Below are positions 1-13,399 of a DNA stretch of 64,000 bases, piece after piece (positions within the stretch are counted from its first letter, which is position 1; each line of letters starts with the position of its first letter). Source of the DNA: Kudoa neothunni (taxonomy: Eukaryota > Animalia > Cnidaria); the NCBI GenBank assembly GCA_964304625.1, contig OZ199838.1, positions 12,006,524-12,070,523 on the forward strand, in the 5' to 3' direction. A program made the translations under genes and the position numbers. The notes under the pieces are model-generated. The model made no database searches. It was not told the origin of the DNA and saw nothing but the letters and a program-made list of their open reading frames with translations.

Positions 1-1750
1 ATCTCTTATTAGAATTTATCCCTTCTATGAATTATTCACTTGTTTAGTAAAAAATATATTTTTTAGTATTAATTATATTTTTTAAGCTTTGGTGTTCAAT
101 AGCTTTAAATAAGTAAACCTTGGAAACATTCAATATGACAATTTTTATCATCCAGGGAAGAAAAAACATCGAGAGATCGTTTGTGTTAAAAATATGCGGC
201 CGTATTTTTTTTCTTTTTCAAACCAATCGTCGTTGAATACCTACCTCTCAAACATCTAATCGGTTTCACGTCTGAGGGAATTGGATTGAGTTCCGATCTC
301 AAGCATTTTCAAACACAGAAACTAAAGTAGTACGTACACTGCCGGATGCTTGGTTCAAATTAATATTAAAAAAATGTCTGTTTTTTAAAGAAATAACATA
401 CAATATAATGGGTTTGACTACAAAAAGTATTGTTTTTGATTACATGAGACCAATATCTTCATCAAAATCTCAATTGTTCAAAAATTAAAAAAAATAAAAT
501 GGATAAACATAAATTGGAAACTAAAATTATATAGTAATATATGTGATTTTTGAGATATTCACTGTCTGAGATATAGCCACTGCTTATAATGTATCCAGAA
601 TACAGCCTTGTTTTCTCTCTATTCTGGAAATTTTTAATTGGTTTAACAATATTTATTATTTCTTAACATTTAATATTATTTCTTTTATGTGGTTCTAGAT
701 TGATAATAAAATTTAATTTAGTCATATTTCTATAGTGCCCTAATACCAGCAACGTTGAGTAAACTTATTGTTATTGTGCTTTTGGGCTGATTACGACTTA
801 ATAAATACAAATTAAAAGGTTCTAATCTTGTAAATTAATAAGAGATTTAAAAAAATTAAATAATCTACAAATTGTTTTCAATTTCTATCATAATGAGTAC
901 GAATTTGGTTTAGAGCATCGGGCGAAAACAAAATTACAGATGAGTATCGTTAAAAATGTAAATTTATATGTTTAGTTAATAATGAACAAACATGGAGAAT
1001 TTAAATTTTGATTATACATTTATTAGGAACATTACTGGTAAAAAATATGAATACATAGTTCTTTACTGTATTGTTTATTGGAGTTTACAGAGTTTTGTTG
1101 TTTATTTACTATTATCAGTTAGTTGGTAATTTTGCAAAAGTGTTATTTACGTTTTTGTACTCATTAATGGATATTTTAGACTCGATAATATTGATATAAT
1201 ATTTTTCTCACGCATCAAAATTATAAGAAAATATTATGCGGAAATATCGCCAACAAAGTGCAAAATATAATATGAAAATTAACGGATTGTATTATTGTGG
1301 GATCTGTCTTAAAGACTTATCTAAGAATATCAACAACAGATTTTTTTCTAAGACATCGTAAAATAAAACGTAACATTTAATTTCAAATGTAAAATTAATG
1401 AGTGTTTTTAATATTTTTTATTAATTTTTCGAAAAATATTATTTTTAATCTTGATTATTTAGCCCAATTCATTGGGACCGTGATCTAAATCCGCCTTACA
1501 CACCAATTCGCATTAACCTTTTGTTGTTTATCAAATTTGTTCGATGATAGAAATTTTTTTATTAATAAGAATTTTTATACATAATAAAACTTTAAGAGGT
1601 AATATATTTGATGAATTTTGTGAGATTTTCCCCCAAACACAATAATCATCAATTGTAGTTCCAATGATACGGGATTATTATTAATTTTGTTTATCACTGG
1701 TTAGGTTTAAAAGTTTTGTTAAACTAAATTTCCGAATAATCAAGGTCATT

Positions 1751-4700
1751 ATGGAGAGTTTGCTATGGATTTTTGTTTATTCGTTTTTCCAGTTGATTAT
1801 TTATTGTTCGGATGGACCCTCGTAATTATAAACTGACTTCTTTTGTCCTAACTATCAGCAATAGAACTCCAAAACCTCGGGAAAATTCAACGAAAGGTCC
1901 CCTACTACCATTAATTACTCGTGTAATACTTTGATTAAATTTTCCGTGACTATCATTATTAAAGGTTAAAATACCCATCGAAACCAACCGCTACGCTAGA
2001 CTTAAAGCATTGGGAAATGGAAACATTATGATATATCTTTTTGCAAACCAATATGAACGCATAAAACCCGGCTCCAGATTGTACCTATGGAGACACGATC
2101 TGTCCACCCTTGTAGAACAAAAGCTGATTTTTGGAGAAAAAACATGCCAAGCGGATGACGTGTTTAAAAATGATCAAATGTACGCAGCAGTTGACAGAAA
2201 AGAGAACATCACTTTTATTTTTGATCCGGAGTCCTATCATTTCGAGGGTTATAGTATTCCGGTAACTCCGGATGACATAATATTTCACCCAAATCATCCG
2301 AACGTTTTATTGATAAAGTCAGAATCATCCGTAATTTTCTTACAACTATTTGTCATTAAAACAACAACAGGTGTATCTTTTCAACAAAGAAGATAAAAGA
2401 TGGGTCATAGTAGCTAACAATGTTGAATCATACATCTGGTATAGCATACATGTATACTCATATATATGAATTATAATATTTTTCTCAAGGAGAAATGACA
2501 GCACAACTCGGGTTTATTTTATTGAAAAAGGTAATTTTAAGTGTTAATCAGACTTCTTATTTAATTCTTATATTTTGGCGGTATCAGACGTCGTTACGAA
2601 GAAAACACGATTATATTGTATTAACCCATTCGTCAGTTATATTCCAAGGCAACTATTGCCGCAGTATGAAGACGTGATGATGATTGACGAAATTGAGGGT
2701 GACATTGTTGCGCTGGTAAAAACGGTAACGAACAATTCTGTTATATGGCTTGGGTGGGCCAGTTAAGGGTGCAGAAACTAATCGCAATCTGCGGTGTTCC
2801 ATTGAATTATCAAAGTTGTTCAGGCATATTCTTAATTTCGATAATAAATTATTTTTGAACATCATAATATGTTATAATTAGATTTACTTTAAAGATCATA
2901 TTTTTGGAAGTTAAGAAGTAGCAAAAATTACTGGATTTTATTAATTCCATTAAGTATTATGAGTAACTTTTAATAATAAATTATTTCCCCCATATTTAAA
3001 TTTAAACATTAATAATGCTCAAATAATGTTAGAATGAATTTTGATGATTAAGAAACAATAATTTTTTCTTTTGTAGTTGTGGCATTGATTCTCTCGCGCG
3101 TTCTCCAAACCATCCGAATCTAAACACAATTTTAGGTTAGAGAAGTATGAAACACCTATTTTATTAAATTTAAACAATGTGACAACTATAATATAAATAA
3201 TCTTATCAAATTAAAAAAGTTTGAAATATTTATAATATAAATTGAAGTTTTTTTCTATTCTTCCGCGTGAAACGCCTCCACACGCAAATTTTATCATTCT
3301 AAATTTATTCAAATTCCTAAATAAATAAATATTTTATTTGTTAAATATTCTAATAGTATACGAAAACAAAAGTATTTTTGTAAAATATGTTTATAATCTA
3401 ATTATTTAATATTTTTAAATTTTATAATATCAAAGTTTAAAATTAATTTATCCAAAACCTTTTTACATTTATAATGTCCGGAATAAATCTCTCTTAAATT
3501 ATGAAACATTTTATTTAATGTTCAAAAATTTATATGTACACGAATATAAATTTTGCTCGTCGAACTATAATAATGCTATGAGTTTTATTTTATATAAGAA
3601 TTTTAAATTAATTTTTGATTTTTAAAATCTCCAAAGTTTATCGAGATTAACCCTTAATAGGCTACCTACTGGTGCCCCCGATTTAGGCGACTTTGGGCTC
3701 GACGAGCCCACCCGGATTTATTTCTATCCGTTATTGGATTATATTTTAAGTTGTATTTGCTTACTTTAATACGTTATTGCGTGATAAAAAATGTATGATA
3801 TACAATAATTTATTTGGAGGGGGGGCACTCAAAGAGGTAAATTTTTTATTGAATGTTCGTTACATATATACAGTTGTTACACACGTCACATACTTGTTTG
3901 TCCCGCCTTATTATACGTGCAGGACATAAACTACATCGTTTCCGATCATCTATATCCTTATTTTCCGTAAATGACGAATTATTCTCATTGAATTTAAGCC
4001 TAAATGCTTCAAGAGAATGCTTTAAGGCAGGTTGACATCCAATGTTGTTGGTCTTCAGCTCTTCATTTCTGGTGGCTTACAATCAAAGAAGCGAATAAAT
4101 CCACTAAAAATTGTTGTCGGCGATTAGGTTTGTCTTTCAAATGTTCCATAATTCTTTTAAAAAACACGGTAAATGAATTAAAAGCAGCCACATCAATAAT
4201 TTGTTAGTAGATAATTGATTTGAGAAATTCAGACATGACACTGATACTTATCGTGCAATTGTGAGATTAACTTTTAAATAAAATAAAGCATGTTGCTATT
4301 GTCAAAATCATTTTTTCGTGCACATTGACTTAAAATAAAAAATTTCAAATTCATTGAAAATTCACAACTAGATATAAAATAAAATTTTAATAATTTACAT
4401 GAAAAAAACATTTTTTGAATGATTTATGCTCATGAAGCTCAAGGCCATCTATTAAGGATTATTTGGTTAGTTTGGACTCAATTTTAATAAACTCATATTA
4501 ATTTAGAGTTTTTTTGAACATTAAGTCAATCAGAATAATGGCTTTAATCTCTGCTATATCTTTTAGCTTCTCTTAAAGTTATTCATTTAAAAAATTAGAA
4601 TAATTATAAAAAATATGATCAAAGTCATTATTATCCCACTGGCTCCTAAATCTAACGAATTAATATCAAAACCGTGCGACGAGATAATGTGGATTATCAC

Positions 4701-7700
4701 AGGATGCATTAAAAATGGGGTAAGTCTGAATAATAAAGCCTGGCCATCCACTTCCAAAGATATAAATGGATCAAAACCGCGACCATTTTATTGTTAGAAT
4801 TTAGAGACACACATGTACATCATAAATCAAGAAGATGAACCAAAGAAAATGCATTTTCCCAATTCGTTGAAAATATTAGTAATTACTTTCCATATAATCT
4901 TATATATTTCAAATATAATATAAAATTCAAATTCGACCTAAAGCTAATTTTGTTTTAAATAACAAATAAAATTAAATATTCTGAATTTATATATAATCAA
5001 AAAAATTTTAAATACATTCAGGAGTTTAAAGTGGAACGTGTATTTGGTGGTCACGTAATACTTTCAATCTTGTCATCTGACGACTATAAAGTCGCTAGTT
5101 TGTTTGGCGGCGATTTGGCAACACTAAAATTTGTCCGTTTGATCGATAATATTAAAGTTAGACTAAGAAGGTATTTAATGATCGTAAATTTTGTTGGATG
5201 AACTTAATGAACTATTAAGCGGCGATTGGCATTGCACCGACCTTGAGTTTCACCCTATAATGAAGCATATGGTTTTCGCAAATCAAATCACTGCTTACAA
5301 CGATACATACTCCGTAGTGAGAACGATGGTTTCATACGATTTGGGAGTCCGATGGAAAACGGTTCTAGTGGATGCTATTCTGAGTGAAAACAATGGTCTT
5401 CCATGTGCAGGACACAAATGCAGCTTCTACCTTTTCACTAGTTGCAGTAGAAAACGTCGATACTTTGCAATGGTACAAAAATACACACCGCATATTGTGA
5501 TATCTCAAGGTGGGAACAATTTTTAATAATATATTGATTTAAATTCCACTTTTAAACATATTAGGAGCTATCGGGTTACAGGATTCCGACCTGTACGTGA
5601 CTGGTTTATTTATATCTACCGATTACGGTAATTCATTCTCGTTGGTTCAGCGGGGAGAACACGACCCGTATATGATTAACGGCGGAAGTGTTATAATTTC
5701 TTCTGAGAAATATACCAACACTTTAATGTAAGTATATTTGAATATTAAGTATTTCCCATTTTAAGAATTTGACTTTGAATATATTCTTATTCTTATTATG
5801 TATATTATGCTATTTTTTGTTATTTATTCGTTCAAATCTATTATTATATTATATGTCTAGGTATTCTTTTGATGACGGAATCACATTTCACACACTGGAC
5901 CATCCAAATAACGAGGAAACCCTCGCGTTAATAAACTTTCCTGATACCTATGAAACTAAATTAATGGTTTTCACCTACAACAGCAATTACGAAATAATAA
6001 TGAATGTGATGGATTTCAAAAATATTCTAAGTAACTGTTTAAAATGTTGTCACTTGTCATATATAGACATTTTTAATATTATTTAGCGAATGATTGTGAA
6101 GAAAAAGACTTTATTTTAGAATATCCCCAAATCTACGGCCAAGTTGGTTGTTACAAAGGCTCACGATATCAAAACTACCGAAAAAAACACACCTCGTTAT
6201 GTAGAATAGTCGAAGGAATCAATTTACATCCTATCAGAGAAATACCATGTGTTTGTAAAGTCGAGGATTTCGGATGGTATGCATAATCGCGTCATTTCAC
6301 AATCAGTAACCGACACTTCACATCCATTCTGAGCTGAATTGGGAATATTTGATTCATAACAACCAATCCTTTTTTATATTTAATAAAAATATATAGTTAA
6401 ATTTAAATTATTGTAACCTTATTAAAAAATAAACGTTAAATTATTAATATAAAACTATACTCTAATACATAACTCAATCAACGAATAGACATAAATGTAG
6501 AATGGTTACCGGTTGCGCATCTAACAAAAATTATCATAGAGCTTTTTTTAATTTGGATTTTTATACAGCTCTTTTGGATTCTATTTGAAAGGAAAATTAT
6601 GCGTGCTTGACCCTGCACAAACTCGCGAAGACGATTCCACGTCGGATTACTTGACTAGGTGTATGCCTGGCAGCTTCATCGAAACCGTATCACAGTAATC
6701 GATAATTATTTTAGAAGAAAATTTCTGACATTTCAAAAGTCAATTTTAACAAAAATACCCTTAAATTTCGATTTAATATTATCGGGAATTTCCTCGCTTA
6801 TTACAGCGAATATCAATGATATTTTGTATAATTCTAACAATTTTGAAGTTACCAAAAAGTATTTGAAGACAACTGTGAGGGTGCTGTAGACCAAAAGTCA
6901 ACTTCGGTCTCAATCTGCCGTGCAAACTGTATTAGACATAAAAATATCGAACATTGGCAATCTTTGTGACAACTTTTAATTTAGCTTTTTCCAACACTGT
7001 AATTTTAAAGGTGGGAAACACACTGAACCTTTTTGTCACCAGCGACGATGTGTTAAATTCGTTCAGCAAAATCAGATTCGAAATTCCAGAAGATGAACAT
7101 TTTCACTCGTTCTTTTTCGATTTCACCGCAGGTTGTTTCTACTACGTGGTCAGTAATGTTGGAGTGAAGTCGATATGTTATGGCGAAAAAAATGGTCTTA
7201 GTTCTAATATAATGTATTATCTAATTGATTTATAGTCAACAGAAAATCCCCGCGCCTCCCCACAACAGTCATACATTCACCAACAATCTATCAAGCAACG
7301 TTCGATTTCATCGGACTAAATTTTATTGTTTTGGATCCGAGAGGAATTTTCTTGAGATCAAAATATAGAAATCTCGAAAAATTTATCTTTAGAAACCAAG
7401 CTAACAACAAGATTACATCATTCAAAGCATACCCGTTATTTGGGTAGGTGATTCATTGTAGATATATTAACAAAATTTTTAACCTTAACCCATAAATACA
7501 ATTTTAAAATTTTGATTTTTTTCTATTATTATTTTATACTTTGTTTTAAAATTAGTCGGTAAAGTGTGAAATTTTTTAATCAAAATTTGCAAAATTATCA
7601 TTTTAACGTAACTATTGTTTATAATTTTACTCGATATTTAGAAAAATAGTCGCTTTAAGTCCCGGTAGTGATACACTTTTTGTGCTAACGTTCAGTGGAG

Positions 7701-10700
7701 ACATCGTTCACATGATTCCACGTGTCAGCATACACGGATATCTTTTGGGAGAGGCAGGCCAAGAAATTTTCCTTTGGGATGAAGAGGCTATTTATCAATA
7801 TAACATCAAAGATAGCAAGTTGGAAACGGTATCTAGTTTTCAGTAATCTGAATTAAATTAATTAATTAACAATCTCTATAGAAGGAGAAACTACAAAAAA
7901 ATAAACATTTGGTTGACGTGGCTGTTCTTAATGGACAATTTTTTTATTTCTATCAGGATTCGATCGACTCCCAAGAGTATCATTTTCTCGTCAACCATCT
8001 TATGGAAGTTTTTGTTGGATACAAATACGATAAAGGTAGTTTTTTTATTGTCAAAATGTGAAAATCTCTTCCAAATAGATTATGACTACTGTGGAGTAAC
8101 AGAATGCCACTTTCTATGTGTACCTGGTGTGGAGTTATTAAAAACTCGCTGTCTGTGTCCGAACGATTCTACGTTTAGCCAGAATATTTGTCAATGCGTA
8201 CCCGAAAATCCTCAATGTTTTAGTAATATATGAAATTTCTAATTTTTCTTCAAATTAGCTAAAACACTTTAAAGGCTGTAAAGCGCATGAATTCTCATGT
8301 GGTGATGGCAGCTGTATACCTGAAATACAGGTGTGTGATGGCATCAACGACTGTTTTGACGGGAGAGATGAAACTAATTGCAAAATAAGTAATAGTTAAC
8401 CTGAAATATCTCGTTGTGCATTATTCAATATAGCTTGTGATAGCGAAAAATTCAAATGTGATCCACTAAATAAATGTCTCAACCTCTCACTGAGATGCAA
8501 TAAAGTGAAGGATTGTCCAGACGGCTCCGATGAGAAAGGCTGCGTATATCGTATATCAACTAGCAGTGTACTGAGTGCAGTAAGTAACTGATTTCAACAA
8601 ATCATGAGTTTTTATGGTAATTTGAAATTTACTATTGTATTTTAAAAATAATTAAAATAATAAATATATTAAACGAAAAATAATCTAGTCGGTTCGTTTT
8701 ATTTTATTTTACAACTTCGAGATAATCTTTTTATTAAATTTTATTTGTTTAAATTTTACAAAACTACTTTATCAAGAATATGTACGATAATATTAAACCG
8801 AAAAATTCGAAATTTTTTCTAGATAGTTTTTATATTAAATTCCTCTTGTCAACCTCGGAAGGATTTATGGATATTATTCTGATTTCTTCTATCGTCGAAT
8901 ATTTGAATAATGTCTTATAACAAGTTTTTTATTTTTGAAAACCCATTTAAGAGTAACATTCCATCGAAAAATTTTAATTATAAGAAATTTTAATAAAAGT
9001 GTAAAAACCACTTTTTAAGGGAGCCAGAGTTTATTTATAATGAAATTCATTAAGAGCATTCTCATATGCCTAAAACAAACATTTTTAATAAAATAAACAA
9101 TTAGTAAATTTCTCTTTAATAAAATATTGGTGTGTATCAAATTTAATCAAAAATATACTCTCTAAGTAAATTGAACCCTTTCACGTGCAATTTATTATGT
9201 GGTCTGAAGTTGATTTATTACGTAAAAATGGTCAGTTATGTGATTTAAAAAGTTAAAATTCTCAAAATAACTTTCATCCGTCATTATCATTAAACTACAG
9301 GAAAAAATGAAAATTAAATAAAATTCCTATTCGTATACATTATAACGACGTAAAAATTTCACACTGCGTTAAAATGCATTGAAAATTTAATGTGTATCTA
9401 ATTTGTAAATAATGGCTTGATATAATAAGTATACTTAAATCAATCAATTTTTTGTGTTTGCGGGGCAATGATGATGCCAACTTTTCATTTTCAAAACTAT
9501 TACATATCAAAAAATATTTAAAGCAGAGGCTTTATGTAGAGAAGCAATAGATTGAGTTTTAATATATATTTTTCATTGAAGTATATATATATATATATAT
9601 ATATAATAGCCTACAAACAATGACAATAATGATTTATTAGATAATACACAACATTAGACTCTGTATAACCTTTTTAAATTATATGCAAATATTTTTTAAC
9701 TACAAAAAATTATATTTTCACACAATTTATGAAATATATTACGATCATGCATGGAAATAAATTACTTTGTTTAAAATGACGCTATTTCGATTTGTTTGAA
9801 TGAGTATTCTGATGTTGTAATTCACCAAAATTGTGTATAAATTGTTTCTAAATATTAAAAAATTCCAATAATTTTTTAAAACTGTTTTGGAAAGAATATC
9901 AAAAATTTAGCAATATTCGGATGCAATTTTCTCTTTTTTCGTTTAAAATTTAAATGATCATTAGAAACGAAAGAGTTAATAATCTACTAAAACTTTTACC
10001 ATATGCCGCGAATTAAAATGTGGAAATTGCTACCATATCCCTTTGGATTAATATATTTCATGAAATCGGTTGACTACTAGACTCCTAAAGTCAGGTATTA
10101 GGTGCACTTAATTTATTTTCTATGAAATACAGCTCCTGTATGCAAATCCACAGAGTTCACCTGTGATAATTCCAAATGTATTCCAAAAGAAAAAGTTTGT
10201 AACAACGTGAACGACTGTGGAGATCACAGTGATGAAAGCATGTGTAAAGGTGAGTCTCTTTATAATGATTATGTTTCTACGGTACGATTTTAATATTTTT
10301 TTTCTCTAAACTTAGACAGACAATGTACGAACAAAGAATTCCAATGCAAATCAGACAAGAAATGTGTCCCGAATTCGGCTGTATGTGACGACGTGTTCGA
10401 TTGTGCAGATATGAGTGACGAACAAAACTGTATCTATCGTTAGAATCGTTCTGTTTTTGATGCATTTGTATATCTTATGTCAAAAAAAGGTCATGCAATT
10501 AATCTTCAAGTAAATACCGAATGTCCTTTCAGATGTGATACTAACAAATGTATACCGTTGGAAAAAGTTTGCGACCATTTTGCTGATTGTGCCGACTTCA
10601 CGGATGAATTCTTCTGCAGTATAAACTTTTTCTCTTTCAATCACTAAATAACATCAATATTTCGTTATATTTGTCCTACCTACTTAGGTTATAAGCATCA

Positions 10701-12037
10701 CTGTTACAAAGGATACGAATCGTGCAATTATTCCGGCTACTGTTACACTTACGACGAAGCTTGCGACGGCATTTGGGATTGTAGTGATGGAACAGATGAA
10801 AAAAATTGTCCCAGTAAATTATCCTTTCACTTAAATAATATTTGTATTCATATCGTTTATATTTATCATTTAGAAAACACTCAATGCAAAAATCCAACAA
10901 GCTTTCAATGTCAAAGTGATCCATACCAATGTGTTCCCAATAATGCAATCTGCAATGGTTATCACGACTGTAAAGACGGCTCTGATGAATTTAATTGTAG
11001 TCAAAATTTTTAATAGTTGTTTTAATTGTTATTTTAATAGGTACGCCAAGAAAAATTCACTACATAGGCTATAAACACGGGGAATCATCAAATGGAAAAC
11101 CTTTCGTAGAGCTAAGTTGGTTTGCAGAGAAACCACCCTCATCTAACTCGACTTTTGATATTCAGATTTTAAACTCCAAGTAAATCGTGCGTCCAATTGC
11201 CACCGCCATCGTTTATGTTATCACGATGATTAATACTCAACTAATTTAATTAATCTTATACAGGTTCCATTTAATTCATCAGTTTGAAACCACCGAGCAA
11301 ATATACAATATCACCAATCTTTTCATGTGCAAAACCTATACCGTTAAAATTGGCTATAAAAATTCTAACGAGCATTACTCAAACTATCTAGTAGAAAGCT
11401 TTAAGGTGTTAGGGTCGTGTAAGTTAATTCTGCAAGCTCATTGTGGCTAAAATAAAATTTTTAGATATCGCTAATCAGCCTCAACAGCTTTTAATTAACG
11501 AAACCTACGTGTCCTGGATCGAACACGGAAAACATTGCAAATTCACTTCGTTCTTTGTAGACTTTCGTTTTTCCGAAAGTTGTAATTAAATATTTTTCTA
11601 CTCATTCATTATAGGTGGAATGTAAACGCAAAAAATCTACAGTATTGAGATCTTTCACTAACAACCTAGAAATTTTTGTTCAAGCAGGAATTGATGAGTG
11701 CTATGTATATTATTTTAATTTTGATCATCAGTGTGAACTATTCAATTAGATTTACTCGTGCCCTTTTTCAATCTTCAATTTTTTGTGTTCGTCACCTCTA
11801 TTGGTGCGACCTTTACTGATCAGACAGAAGAGAATTCAAACTATTATCGTTTCAGTTTTTATAGGACTTGTGGCAATTGTGGTTTGGATAGTATTGATCA
11901 TTAAATTCAAGCTAACTATTAAAAGATTCCTCGTCGCCATGTTTATTAGACGCTACATTCCAAATCAAAAATACCAACGTATAAATGATAACTTGGATGA
12001 ACTTTTGGAGTCCGAAAGCGATACTTTCATCAACTAA
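1751..12037 (+). CDS. SORL1: SORL1/SorLA-like mosaic receptor, multi-exon: signal peptide, VPS10 propeller + 10CC, degenerate propeller/EGF, 7 LDL-receptor class A repeats, about 2 FN3-like domains, TM helix, cytoplasmic tail
   Basis: ATG 1751 gives signal peptide [22 protein letters not shown]; GT-AG introns join it to ORF 2010. BNR/Asp-box motifs [24 protein letters not shown]. 10CC-type [11 protein letters not shown]...[14 protein letters not shown]-like CHFLCVPG...CLCP. Seven LDLa exons near 8275, 8434, 10133, 10316, 10511, 10689 and 10874 (e.g. [35 protein letters not shown]). FN3-like exons 11041-11700. [22 protein letters not shown]; stop at 12037. Some internal exon boundaries are approximate. 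Confidence 0.88.
3651..4210 (-). mobile_element. piggyBac remnant in a SORL1-like intron (one end plus transposase C-terminus)
   Basis: TTAA (3647-3650) followed by CCCT. Palindrome TGGGCTCG-A-CGAGCCCA at 3694-3710. Minus strand reads [12 protein letters not shown]...[14 protein letters not shown]...[24 protein letters not shown], the piggyBac C-terminal cysteine-rich domain, with a stop and a frameshift. Confidence 0.75.
9583..9604. repeat. (TA)n microsatellite in intron
   Basis: About 11 TA units seen directly. Confidence 0.85.
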
Positions 12038-13399
12038 AGAAGTGTGCTCTACTTATTGTCAAGTTTAGATTGACTGCCTACGTATGATTCTGATAGTACA
12101 TTTTCTGCGTGTCGGAACCAATAAGCGTTCTTCAAATCACATATTCTATATTTCACTAATTACAGTATTAATATCAGTTTTATTAACTTTATACATTATA
12201 TTTGTTGTATTAATTAATTATTTTACACTATTTTTTAAAACATTTTAATTGATTGACCTTCCGAGCGCTTTGGGGCCATAAAGACCCCAGAGCATATTGT
12301 AATGTATTTGTAATGTATTATTTTTAGTCAAAGATGTCTGGTGTTACCTTTATTCCCCCAAAAATAAATGCTTAATATAATGCGAGAAAAAAAGTTTTTA
12401 ATTATCTAAATTAATAATAAGATATGCGTACTTTTAACACGTATTGCTTTTGGGATGATATATGACCCTATTTTTTCCATTAAATAATGCGGAAAAATTT
12501 TTGGTACCACAATCCAAAGTTATATGGAATTCGATTGATAGAATAAAGAGGAAATGAGAAAAAACCTTGTTCAAATACCTACGATTGACAGCGAAGCGGA
12601 TTGGATTAGTTTCGAAAAATGGATGGTTTGGGCGAAGAATATTCCACAGATTTTAGGAATGACTCCTGATAAATTTTCAATTCTACTCAATATAATGATC
12701 CTAAGTCAAATTCATCAGGCTCTAATTCTGATAAATTGTCGTTAATTGAATTTTAAATTACGACAAATATAATGCAGTACGGAATGCAGAGAAGTCCAAA
12801 TCGTATAGGACAGTGTTTCCAAATATAAAGATTAAGACCCACCGATGAGAGGCAGAGAAATTTTCGAATGCTTAATGAACAGCTTTAACGGGACGTCGAT
12901 AATCCTGATCATTGATGTTACATGGATAATGGTGAAACTAGTGGACAGTAAACTACACATTGAAATTAGTACATCTATTTTTGATATCGATTATTTTTAA
13001 ATTACAATTATTATCACAAAACAATATCAAACGCAACGAATGATTATATAAAAATAAATAATAACATGGTCTTTAGCCCAAAAGAAATGAAATGGTTTTG
13101 ATCCCAATCCTGCCTCATTTATAGTTGTGATCTCCCCCGTTTTTGATTTAACCTAATGTAGTATTGATCATATTCTATCTAAATTATTTATTTTCGGTTT
13201 ATAAGCCTCGTATACATTAAAGTCTTGCATGATGTGGGTGGGATTATCACGAGTTTCATTTCGTTCTGTTTTTGACGAAATGAAGAATTAAAGAGTTAAT
13301 TTTTAAGGTCAATCGATAAACTACTTTAGATCTGATCGAATAAATTTTAAATTTGATGTTAAAATTATAAAAAATGACAATGATGTTGTTACTTGATTA

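Noticed and set aside
12992-13000. TATTTTTAA matching the 9 bp after the MULE end at 15720 (possible TSD)
   Set aside because: No TIR is adjacent and the low-complexity match is expected by chance.
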